DNA from: a virus
IMG/VR virus record: IMGVR_UViG_3300025120_000017
Span: 32,001-96,000 of that record
Strand: one strand, 5' to 3'
DNA length: 64,000 nt
This document shows positions 29,532 through 38,074 of this stretch, piece by piece. The notes under the pieces were generated by a model. It worked only from the letters and a program-made list of their open reading frames with translations. It did not search any database and was not told where the DNA came from. Both the position numbers and the translations under genes were made by a program. Numbering within the stretch: the first letter of the stretch is position 1; the number at the start of each line of letters is the position of its first letter.

Positions 29532-30197
29532 TTATTTTTTGTCTACATAATGTGGAAGTCCTTTTTCCTTAGTCTTTGCAAACTTTCTTAACGTTTTTTC
29601 AGGAAGCTCAGAAATTTTAATAATTTCTTCAGCATATTCAGGTTCTAATTCTTCTTTTGTTATATTGCCTCTCTTATATTGAAGTGCAATAGCAAATAAC
29701 CTTCGCTGTGCTTTAGAATCAGCTCTCTCAAGCAAAGAATCTAAATTTTCCATAACTTCTATGCCAGTTTTAGATTCAATAAAATCTTTAACCATTTTAT
29801 AAAACTCTTCTCTATCATCAGAGTTTTTAAGTAGTTTAGCAGCGTCTCTTAATTTACTTTTAAGTATAGTAAACATCATTCCCATTTTTTCTGAAACTTC
29901 ATCTAGTGTATCTGATACACCTTCGGTTAAAAACACAACACTATCATTAGATGAATTATCTAACTTAAGTCTATATTTCTTAACAGCAGAATCAATGACT
30001 TTTTGAATGTCTGGGTATTCAGCGCCAGCTTTAACCAATTCATCTATACTTATTATGAGAGTATCTTTTTTATTACTATCATCTATGTATATTTCAAATC
30101 CTTGGGTAAACTTTCCTAACTTTTTTTCTATAGTTTTTTTAGCATTTTCCAAAGATTCATTAATATTCACGGAATAAAAATTATCAAGATCTTTCAT
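29532..30197 (-). CDS. modular putative internal protein with C-terminal DUF3008-like domain
   Basis: MKDLDNFY..INE start; SKAQRRLFAIAL..KRG...LRKFAKTKEKGLP. Confidence 0.7.
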   Translation of the reverse strand: MKDLDNFYSVNINESLENAKKTIEKKLGKFTQGFEIYIDDSNKKDTLIISIDELVKAGAEYPDIQKVIDSAVKKYRLKLDNSSNDSVVFLTEGVSDTLDEVSEKMGMMFTILKSKLRDAAKLLKNSDDREEFYKMVKDFIESKTGIEVMENLDSLLERADSKAQRRLFAIALQYKRGNITKEELEPEYAEEIIKISELPEKTLRKFAKTKEKGLPHYVDKK

Positions 30198-30206
30198 TTA
30201 CTAATA

Positions 30207-30464
30207 TTATTTTTTTACAACCTTTGCAATAACTTCTTTATTACCAGCTACTATTGCTTTATGTTCTGATCTATTAATACTATATGACTTTCCGTCAATT
30301 ATAACATTTTTTTGGTTAAGAGATTCAACTTTTAAATCACCAGAAGATTTAGCAGGTTCAGGAATTACTGTTTTAGATTCTTCTTTAGAACCTTCAGTAG
30401 TTTCAACATTCTTTAACTTCTCAACAGCCTCGTCTAAAGTTTTTTCAGTTTTCTTTTTAGCCAT
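30207..30464 (-). CDS. hypothetical protein
   Basis: 85-aa Lys/Glu-rich ORF within the operon. Confidence 0.7.
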   Translation of the reverse strand: MAKKKTEKTLDEAVEKLKNVETTEGSKEESKTVIPEPAKSSGDLKVESLNQKNVIIDGKSYSINRSEHKAIVAGNKEVIAKVVKK

Positions 30465-30475
30465 AACGTGTATTT

Positions 30476-31669
30476 TTATTTTTTGTTTTTAAATTTTCGC
30501 CAATCACTAAAACTATAATAGTTTTCATTTATAGTTTCTTTAGCAATCTTTGAATGTATTAGCCTTACATAATTATTTATATACTTTTTCATATTTATAT
30601 CTATAATTGGAGTAATTTTTTTACGCTCTTTTCTAAATGATGAAAATAGTATTTTATAAATATCTGCAAGATTTGGGTTATTATTAATAATATCTTGTAT
30701 TTTTTTATTCTTTATAAATGATGTATTAAGTTTAAACTCAGGCATTAAAGCAAATGTAGGTTTCTTTAAATCAAAGTCTTCTATAAAAATAGAATTATCA
30801 TCTATGAACATTGATATTAATGTACTTAATAAATCTATATATCTTTCATCAGGACTACTTCCTATTGCATTTACCTTTGTCATTGAATCAGTTTCACCAA
30901 GCCATTCAATGAACTTATATATCAATAATCCTATTTCATCTGATGAAGATTTATTAACTTTTTTATGTAATGATAGTTGATGAAATATCGGATCTATAGT
31001 TTTTGCTGTGTAAACTTTATCATTGTTGCTAAACTCAAATATAAAACCTTCAATAGATTTGTCAATGTCTCCATTTAATGTAGTTTTCTTTAATCTAGGA
31101 TTTAAAATTTTAATAATATGTCGTGTAAAACTATTTGTGTTAAAACTAATCATTAAATCAGACTTATCAGTTTTTATAAAATTCAAAATCTTTTCTTTTT
31201 GTAATTCGCTTAACTCTCCATTAAAATACACTTTAGGTGTAGATGTTTTAAGAAGTTTTGACCACTTAAGAAGTGTTTTAGTGTCATTTATAATAGAATT
31301 ATCATCTTTATCTTCTAATCCTATTAGATGTGTTAATATAAGTCCATTCTTAGGAATATTTTCATATATAACATTAGTAGGCTTATTATTATAAAAATAT
31401 TCAAAAAAGAAGAATACTTCATCAGGAATTTTTGATAAATCTAATGAATTTATATGAGCAATAGGCTTTTCATATAGAGATGTTATAGTTCTTTGTATTT
31501 TATTAAGAGGATATCTCTTATCTCTAGCAAAAAATATTAATTCATTGTTGCTTTTCTTAAATCCAAATTTAGTTCCAGTAAGTTTTTCAGATACTTTTAC
31601 ATTTGAATTAAGAAGTTGCTTCAGAAAGTCTTCACCTAGTTCGTTATAGAAATCTTTTATTTCCTTCAT
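30476..31669 (-). CDS. RNA-ligase-like nucleotidyltransferase with capsid-targeting-like N-terminus
   Basis: SEKLTG (motif I variant), FFFEY (III), EGFIF (IV), AK (V); starts MKEIKDFYNE. Confidence 0.6.
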   Translation of the reverse strand: MKEIKDFYNELGEDFLKQLLNSNVKVSEKLTGTKFGFKKSNNELIFFARDKRYPLNKIQRTITSLYEKPIAHINSLDLSKIPDEVFFFFEYFYNNKPTNVIYENIPKNGLILTHLIGLEDKDDNSIINDTKTLLKWSKLLKTSTPKVYFNGELSELQKEKILNFIKTDKSDLMISFNTNSFTRHIIKILNPRLKKTTLNGDIDKSIEGFIFEFSNNDKVYTAKTIDPIFHQLSLHKKVNKSSSDEIGLLIYKFIEWLGETDSMTKVNAIGSSPDERYIDLLSTLISMFIDDNSIFIEDFDLKKPTFALMPEFKLNTSFIKNKKIQDIINNNPNLADIYKILFSSFRKERKKITPIIDINMKKYINNYVRLIHSKIAKETINENYYSFSDWRKFKNKK

Positions 31670-31701
31670 TCTTTACGAATTTATAGTTTTAATATTTAAT
31701 T

Positions 31702-31730
31702 AAACAACAAAGACGGTCCGAAGACCGTCC
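31702..31730 (-). terminator. intrinsic terminator with UUCG tetraloop
   Basis: Minus strand GGACGGTC-TTCG-GACCGTCT-TTGTTGTTT. Confidence 0.85.
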
Positions 31731-31760
31731 TTATAATATTTATTATTAGAATTTAAGATG

Positions 31761-32744
31761 CTAATTAAGAGCTTGGCTTAAATAAAAATCAACATCACCA
31801 CTAACTTTAGCGTAGTCCTTTTTAATATTAGGCTCTTTTAAGATACTTGAAATTATTTTCATATCTACATCGCCTTGTGGATATGACTGATCTAATCTAC
31901 TTGATAAATCATTTAAAACGCTAGCAACATCAGGCTCATCTTTTTCTATATCTTTAATAGTAAACTCAAGTTGTCTTTGAAGATACGGTGAATCTATAGT
32001 ATTTCCTTCATTAACTCCAGACTCTTCAGACATATTCATATATCTATAAAGTTTATTATATAATGCTCTAAGATCTTTTGTTAAAGTGCGAATTTTTTTG
32101 CTATCATCTTTCATGATCATACTGTAAATATGTTCACCATCTGCATCATCTTTAATTAACGCTCTAAGATCGGCAAAATCCTTAGCAGCCTGAGCAGCAT
32201 TTTCAACAACTAATGATTCTTTGATCTTATGCTTTCTCATAAAATCTCTCGCCATATCAATTGCATTTCTTAAATCAGTAACATCTAGTTCTGCCCAGGT
32301 TATATTACCTTGTAAAAGTACTTCAGATTCATCATCCCACTTTGCAGTAGTTCTCATATCACCTTGATCATAAATTAATTCTTCAAGATCTCCAATTTCC
32401 TCAACATAATCATTATTTGATTCATTAATATTTGTGGCATTAATTACTCTTTTACCAAGTTTTGATAATTTATAATGAGTTTCGCCATTTTTCTCAAAAG
32501 TTACTAAATATCTGGAATTCTTTTTAATCCACTGAGGACTAGTTTTTCTACCGCTCTCTTCATTAGCAGATTTAATGTATTCCATTAAGTCAGTTTTACA
32601 ACAAGATCCTTGCTCAGATACAAATCCAAGAATTTTTTGTCTAACTGGAGCATTTGCACCAACTACTGTTGATGCATACTTTCCATATTTTCTCTTAACT
32701 TGAATAGTTCTTCTTTCGTTTAAAAAGCTTTTATAACTCTTCAT
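31761..32744 (-). CDS. putative capsid-targeted polyprotein (4 modules; first is wHTH-like)
   Basis: Start moved to MKSYKSFLNE (32744); INE, VVE and VNE linkers. Confidence 0.75.
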   Translation of the reverse strand: MKSYKSFLNERRTIQVKRKYGKYASTVVGANAPVRQKILGFVSEQGSCCKTDLMEYIKSANEESGRKTSPQWIKKNSRYLVTFEKNGETHYKLSKLGKRVINATNINESNNDYVEEIGDLEELIYDQGDMRTTAKWDDESEVLLQGNITWAELDVTDLRNAIDMARDFMRKHKIKESLVVENAAQAAKDFADLRALIKDDADGEHIYSMIMKDDSKKIRTLTKDLRALYNKLYRYMNMSEESGVNEGNTIDSPYLQRQLEFTIKDIEKDEPDVASVLNDLSSRLDQSYPQGDVDMKIISSILKEPNIKKDYAKVSGDVDFYLSQALN

Positions 32745-32769
32745 TTTAAATGTTTTTATTTTTGATGAT

Positions 32770-33774
32770 TTAAAATACAATCATAGATTCATCTCCATTA
32801 ACTTCAACGAATTTTATATTATTTGATTTAAGTATTTTAATTACATCTTTCATTGTCATCATTCCAGATATGGATTCATCTCCGATAACAAAAGACATTT
32901 TCTTAGATAATTTTTTTAATTGAGCCGCAGTAGATTCATCAAAATCATCAAATTCAATTTCAGATAATTCCCCAGCATAATCAGCAAGCTCTGATGGTAC
33001 ATCAGATTCATTAACCTTCCCAAAAGATTCTTCAACTCTATCAGAAACAACAATTCCTAAGTATTTCTCAATTTCTTCTTTTGAGAATCCTTTCTTAGCC
33101 AATTCATCGATTATCTTTGTTAAAGTACTTCCTACAATAGAGTCAAGTTTTCTTTTCATAAGCTTAACATCGCCTGCTTCACCAATAAACTCTTCAGCAT
33201 TTTCTTTATCTTCAGCATCAACATCCTCAACATCGTATTCTTCATCACCGACTTTAAATGTTTTTTCGTCATTTGCAATTGCCTTAGCTCTAGCAGCACT
33301 GAATGCATTTCCTTCTTTAACAGATTCAAATTGATGTCCTACAATTTTAAGACCTGCTACGCCTGGAAAAAATTCCCCTTGATCTGTTTGTATTCTACCG
33401 CTTGATGCTGAATGACGAGGTTCAGAAAAACCTTTAACTACAATAGCATCACCTCTAAAGTCTTTAGTCTTATAAGGTAATTTAACAACTTTTCCGGTTT
33501 TTTCATCTACTAACTTAGCTGATTCATTAACTGATTCGTTAGCAAATCTTGCCACGCCTTTATCAAATGCCTTATGATATTTTTTAGGAATATGGTCAGA
33601 TTTTAGGTAACTAATAAGTTCCTCTGCGCTATCCCACATTTGGTTAGCTGCCTCATCTGCATCGCTTGTATATTGACCAGCTGCATTAATGATTTCCATT
33701 GCAATATCCTGGTCAAGTCCATACATTTCATTAACAGACTTGCTTTTATTTATAAACCTTTTATAACTTTTCAT
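32770..33774 (-). CDS. putative capsid-targeted polyprotein (about 5 modules)
   Basis: MKSYKRFINKSKSVNE; linkers NESVNE, SVKE, IGE, VNE. Confidence 0.75.
   Translation of the reverse strand: MKSYKRFINKSKSVNEMYGLDQDIAMEIINAAGQYTSDADEAANQMWDSAEELISYLKSDHIPKKYHKAFDKGVARFANESVNESAKLVDEKTGKVVKLPYKTKDFRGDAIVVKGFSEPRHSASSGRIQTDQGEFFPGVAGLKIVGHQFESVKEGNAFSAARAKAIANDEKTFKVGDEEYDVEDVDAEDKENAEEFIGEAGDVKLMKRKLDSIVGSTLTKIIDELAKKGFSKEEIEKYLGIVVSDRVEESFGKVNESDVPSELADYAGELSEIEFDDFDESTAAQLKKLSKKMSFVIGDESISGMMTMKDVIKILKSNNIKFVEVNGDESMIVF
33001..33180 (-). repeat. 180-bp module, copy 1 (copy 2 at 34568-34747)
   Basis: EAGDVKLMKRK...KVNESD, 56/60 aa identical to copy 2. Confidence 0.95.
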
Positions 33775-33786
33775 TTTAAATCTTTT

Positions 33787-34515
33787 TTATTTTATTTTCA
33801 ATAAGTCATTTATAAACTTTTCAACATCCTTTCCTTTACTTAAAATAACATCAGCAGTTTCATCATCTTCACTAAATGGTATAGGATATTCTATTGCAAT
33901 TCCATTACCTGCTTTGGATATATTAGCGTCATATCTATCAATATCTTGGATTGATGTGTTTTTAACTTTACCTGTCTTATTAAAATTTGATAGTACTGAA
34001 ATTAAAGTACTAATCTCATCTTCATCAAAAACCATTTCAGATTCACCATTAAAATCTATAGCAACACCCTGAGATGCTTTAGATACCGATACATCAGATT
34101 CATTAACTGATTCATTCATTGGAATATCAACACCTAGTAATATTACGCTAACAGTTGGAGTACCACCTACGCTAAATCCTGGCAAAAATGCTTTAGCTTT
34201 TTTTCCTTTTTTAGATATTGATTCGCCTGCCTTCTTTATAATATTTCTAATCTTTGCAGTTTTTGGATCATCTTCATCAGTAAATGATGAATATCCATTA
34301 TCGTCATCATATACTTTAATATCTTTAAGAGCTTTAGCAGTAAAATCAAACTTTAAAACAGGAAATTCCTTTCTTCCATCCATGTTAAGTTCAAGTTTAG
34401 GATTTTGTAATAAACCTGTCTTCATCATGACATCTTGTGCATATTTAATCTGTGCATCTGTAAAATTATCATTAACATGCTTTGCTTCATTAACAAAACT
34501 TTTATAACTTTTCAT
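33787..34515 (-). CDS. putative capsid-targeted polyprotein (2 modules)
   Basis: MKSYKSFVNEAKHVN; NESVNE linker. Confidence 0.75.
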   Translation of the reverse strand: MKSYKSFVNEAKHVNDNFTDAQIKYAQDVMMKTGLLQNPKLELNMDGRKEFPVLKFDFTAKALKDIKVYDDDNGYSSFTDEDDPKTAKIRNIIKKAGESISKKGKKAKAFLPGFSVGGTPTVSVILLGVDIPMNESVNESDVSVSKASQGVAIDFNGESEMVFDEDEISTLISVLSNFNKTGKVKNTSIQDIDRYDANISKAGNGIAIEYPIPFSEDDETADVILSKGKDVEKFINDLLKIK

Positions 34516-34528
34516 CTTAAACTATTTT

Positions 34529-35143
34529 TTATTTTTCAGTGGATGCCATATTTCCTTCACCGTCTGCATCTGATTCATTAACCTTTTTAAAAGATTCTTC
34601 AACTCTATCAGAAACAACAATCTCCATATACTTTTCGATTTCCTCTTTTGAAAAACCTTTCTTAGCTAATTCATCGATAATCTTCTTTAGTGTAGATCCT
34701 ACAATAGAGTCAAGTTTTCTTTTCATAAGCTTAACATCTCCTGCTTCAGTAATTCCTGATAATGCTTCAGTAACTTTTGCAGTTATTTCTTGGTCATCAT
34801 TAACAACTTCATCACCATCTCCGGATTTTGTTGGTTTACCTTTTGCTACTTCTTTATCTTCTATTTCATCAGATGATTCATCACCATCACCCATATCTTT
34901 AGAAACCTCTTTGCCAGCACCGTTTCCATTTTCTTGGTCTTCGTTATCTGCTTTTACCATTTCTGAAACTTCTCCGTCCCATTCTGATTCTATTTCGTTA
35001 AAGAATTTTTTCTTTTCTCCAGTAGATAAGTCAGCAGGTGAATCCGCGCCGTACTCAGCTAATTTTTCTTTAAAGAAATCTGCATATTCTTTTTGCTTTT
35101 TAGACTTCTCTTCTTCTAGTATAATTTGTCCTAAACTTCTCAT
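34529..35143 (-). CDS. acidic putative prohead core/internal protein
   Basis: MRSLGQIILE start; acidic; carries the duplicated 60-aa module. Confidence 0.7.
   Translation of the reverse strand: MRSLGQIILEEEKSKKQKEYADFFKEKLAEYGADSPADLSTGEKKKFFNEIESEWDGEVSEMVKADNEDQENGNGAGKEVSKDMGDGDESSDEIEDKEVAKGKPTKSGDGDEVVNDDQEITAKVTEALSGITEAGDVKLMKRKLDSIVGSTLKKIIDELAKKGFSKEEIEKYMEIVVSDRVEESFKKVNESDADGEGNMASTEK
34568..34747 (-). repeat. 180-bp module, copy 2
   Basis: Near-identical to 33001-33180. Confidence 0.95.
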
Positions 35144-35165
35144 AGTGAGTTTTATTTTTTGTTTT

Positions 35166-35173
35166 TATATTTA
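35166..35173 (-). promoter_or_regulatory. putative late promoter TAAATATA (representative copy)
   Basis: Same octamer at 4347, 15616, 16474, 37381, 40355, 45002, 56709, 62347 and 62984, each upstream of a gene start. Confidence 0.55.
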
Positions 35174-35179
35174 ATCTAT

Positions 35180-35842
35180 TTATTTAATTCCATTCACAGG
35201 CATTCTAACCATTTCCTTATTAAACCGCTTTTCTTTATTTTCTTTAAATCCAAATCTTTTATAAAATTCTTTAAGTCTAGATGTTGAGCTTCCAAATTTA
35301 TCTGTTGTATCAAGAGTTAATATAAAACTTTGGTTATCTGCAAATTTAATAAGATCTTCCATGATTCTTGATCCTATTCCACTATTTTTATGAGTTTTAT
35401 TTACTTCTAAATAATTTAGCATAATAACATCTTCATTAGTTGTTATTGGATAATAGGATAATTTAATATCTTCAACAGGAAACTTCTTTAGTATGCTATC
35501 AGCAAATTCTTTAACCATTTTGGTTTTAGTTTTAATATCTTCTTTAAGGCCATCATATTTTTTATAACTTAATAGCCAACCTCTTAGCACTTTAGTAATT
35601 GAATCTGCGTGAGTTCCTTCAGGTTTTTCTATTGTTGTAATATTAACAGTAATATCACCATCTTGTAAACTTACTACTCCCGCATCTTGAAGAATTTTAT
35701 ATTCTTTTTCTCCATATGTATTTTTAATAAAATATGCAACTTGTCCTAAAAGATCATATTGACTGTTTTCAACCATTACATTAGGTATAGTACCAATAGG
35801 ATATAATTTAGATTGATTAATAAATTTTTTTAACCTCTTCAT
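35180..35842 (-). CDS. GNAT acetyltransferase domain protein with capsid-targeting-like N-terminus
   Basis: LEVNKTHKNSGIGSRIM (motif A), LKEFYKRFGF (motif B); starts MKRLKKFIN. Confidence 0.8.
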   Translation of the reverse strand: MKRLKKFINQSKLYPIGTIPNVMVENSQYDLLGQVAYFIKNTYGEKEYKILQDAGVVSLQDGDITVNITTIEKPEGTHADSITKVLRGWLLSYKKYDGLKEDIKTKTKMVKEFADSILKKFPVEDIKLSYYPITTNEDVIMLNYLEVNKTHKNSGIGSRIMEDLIKFADNQSFILTLDTTDKFGSSTSRLKEFYKRFGFKENKEKRFNKEMVRMPVNGIK

Positions 35843-37362
35843 AAATATATTTCTTTTATTTTATATGGAAACTTTTGTTCTTTATATATTTTCTGTCTTG
35901 CCTTGCCATGAAAGTATACTAAATTCTTTTTAGTACTTCTTAAAATGTCAGTATAATCAAAAACATATAATATAGCCTTATCATCGTGAAGTCTTAATCC
36001 TCTACCTAAACTTTGTCTTATAATTATATCACTTTTAAAACTTTCAGTTAAGTGTATGTAATGTATATTTTTTACATTAATTCCAGTAGAAAAAGTACCA
36101 TAAGATGCTACAAGAACTTTATCTTTCCCATGTTCCATAAGATGTTTGATTTCATTCCTAGCGTTTTTATCAACCCCGCCATCAATGTAATAAACTTTCT
36201 TATTAGTATTTTCATTTATATATTTATAAAGGTCCTTGCCATATACTGTTCTATGAAATAGTACTAATTCATTGCCTTTACATTTATCAACAACTCTTTT
36301 TATAACTTCAATACGTTGTTTATTTTGTATGATAACATCTTGCTCCATTCTAAGAAGCTTTGATTTGTCATCTATTGTTGCTGTGATTTCATCAAAAGAT
36401 TCTTTTATTTTATCTGAGTGATGTAATTCTAAAACATTTATAAAAAGCTTAGATATATGACCTTTATCTTGAAGTTCTTTTGCTTTTATTTCAGTAATAA
36501 GTGGACCTAGATATGCTTGTAATGTTAGCCAATCAAGAGTTCCTTTTTTAGGTACTGTACCTGTTAGACCAAATCTTCTATCTGCACTATGACACCTTCC
36601 TAAAATATCTTGAATTGATTTTGCTTTTACTTTATGAGTTTCATCACAGCATATAGTATCAAATGCCGATAAGAAACTATCAGAAAATTTAACTAGACTT
36701 TGAAATGTTCCTACGAAAATATTTTGGTCATATGTATATTCTTTTGATTCTCCTCCATGAATTTGCTTTATTTCTAATAGTGTTTTATTATTAGGTTTTA
36801 AAAAGCTATTATATTCATGAAAGTCTTCAAATGCTTGTATTACTAAATTGATTGTAGGTACAATCATAAGACATTTTTTAGATAATCCTTTATCTAATAA
36901 ATATGAAAATGCTATATAAATGATTAAAGATTTTCCTGCACTGGTAGCAAGTTCACTAATAGATAATTTATATTTAAGTATTTTATAGGCAGAGTTAATT
37001 TGATAATCTCTAGGAGCAAACGGTTCACCTTTTTTATCAGTAGCATCTTCAAATTTGCTATTTACCCATTCACTAAATTCGTTAAATTCCAAATCATAAA
37101 AAAGATTTCTTAAACCGTCTATTTCAATATCATAACGATATTTTTTAGCAACTTCTCTAAGCTCCATCCATAATCCTGATGGCACATACTTATCTTGATG
37201 AAAATATGATATTATACCATTCCATTTTGCCTTAACTGGGTTAGGTAAAAAATTATAGTATTCTAGTTTTTTTGTTAATGATTTTTGGAGTTGCCCTTTT
37301 TCAGTCCTATCAGCATCTACTAAAGTAAGAATCCTATTATTATGTGATAGTGTGAATTTCAT
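35839..37362 (-). CDS. uvsW: SF2 DNA helicase UvsW
   Basis: WNG.I, RDYQ, ATSAGKS, DETH, GLTGT, STGIN, QSLGRGLR. Confidence 0.93.
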   Translation of the reverse strand: MKFTLSHNNRILTLVDADRTEKGQLQKSLTKKLEYYNFLPNPVKAKWNGIISYFHQDKYVPSGLWMELREVAKKYRYDIEIDGLRNLFYDLEFNEFSEWVNSKFEDATDKKGEPFAPRDYQINSAYKILKYKLSISELATSAGKSLIIYIAFSYLLDKGLSKKCLMIVPTINLVIQAFEDFHEYNSFLKPNNKTLLEIKQIHGGESKEYTYDQNIFVGTFQSLVKFSDSFLSAFDTICCDETHKVKAKSIQDILGRCHSADRRFGLTGTVPKKGTLDWLTLQAYLGPLITEIKAKELQDKGHISKLFINVLELHHSDKIKESFDEITATIDDKSKLLRMEQDVIIQNKQRIEVIKRVVDKCKGNELVLFHRTVYGKDLYKYINENTNKKVYYIDGGVDKNARNEIKHLMEHGKDKVLVASYGTFSTGINVKNIHYIHLTESFKSDIIIRQSLGRGLRLHDDKAILYVFDYTDILRSTKKNLVYFHGKARQKIYKEQKFPYKIKEIYL

Positions 37363-37385
37363 TAATGTGTATTTTTATAATATAT

Positions 37386-37850
37386 TTAATAACCGCCACT
37401 TAGGAACCTAGTTGACTCTATTAAGTATTTTATTGCAAATCCAATCTTATCAATAGTTTCAATAGTTCTTCTATAATAATCTATTTGGTTTTCTAATACA
37501 GTTTTAAAATTTGTCTTAGGTTCAAGATCAGCATCAATATGTTTATGTATTTCACTATCATTTAATCTAACATTATATTCTGTCTTATACTTAAAATACA
37601 TATGCTTTCGTTCTTCACCAATTCTTTCGCTATGTTTGCGAATTTTTGAGCGTAGGTTAGAAATTTTATCACTTAACCTATGTCTTTGTGAAGATGTATG
37701 TACTTGTAACTCAGCAACTTCTTTAATATCAGTTAGTTTACTTATAATATTTTCATGGATAAATTTACCAATTTCATCTCTTTCAGATTCAAACTTTAAT
37801 TCAAGTTCTTGAACCTTTTTATAATATGCATCTTTTTGTTCTTTGTTCAT
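37386..37850 (-). CDS. uvsY: recombination mediator UvsY-like
   Basis: Helical 154-aa protein next to uvsW; HIDAD ... GFAIKYLIE..RF..G C-terminus. Confidence 0.65.
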   Translation of the reverse strand: MNKEQKDAYYKKVQELELKFESERDEIGKFIHENIISKLTDIKEVAELQVHTSSQRHRLSDKISNLRSKIRKHSERIGEERKHMYFKYKTEYNVRLNDSEIHKHIDADLEPKTNFKTVLENQIDYYRRTIETIDKIGFAIKYLIESTRFLSGGY

Positions 37851-38074
37851 TAAAATAGAGAATTGTCTGCTGACTTATCAGCGTTTGTTATTGTTTTATC
37901 TATAGGATCAGATGTAGGAATTTCATCTACATCATTAATGATTAATTTAGATGTTGCTTTTTTTCTATATGCTCTTATAAACCATTTTCCTAAAGGTAAT
38001 TTTAAATCGCCAGTAGGTGCTTTAGTTGCCTTTTTAAATAATATACCTATTTCTTTATACATAATACATATCAT
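37850..38074 (-). CDS. small hypothetical protein
   Basis: 74-aa ORF between primase and uvsY; ends NSLF. Confidence 0.55.
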   Translation of the reverse strand: MICIMYKEIGILFKKATKAPTGDLKLPLGKWFIRAYRKKATSKLIINDVDEIPTSDPIDKTITNADKSADNSLF

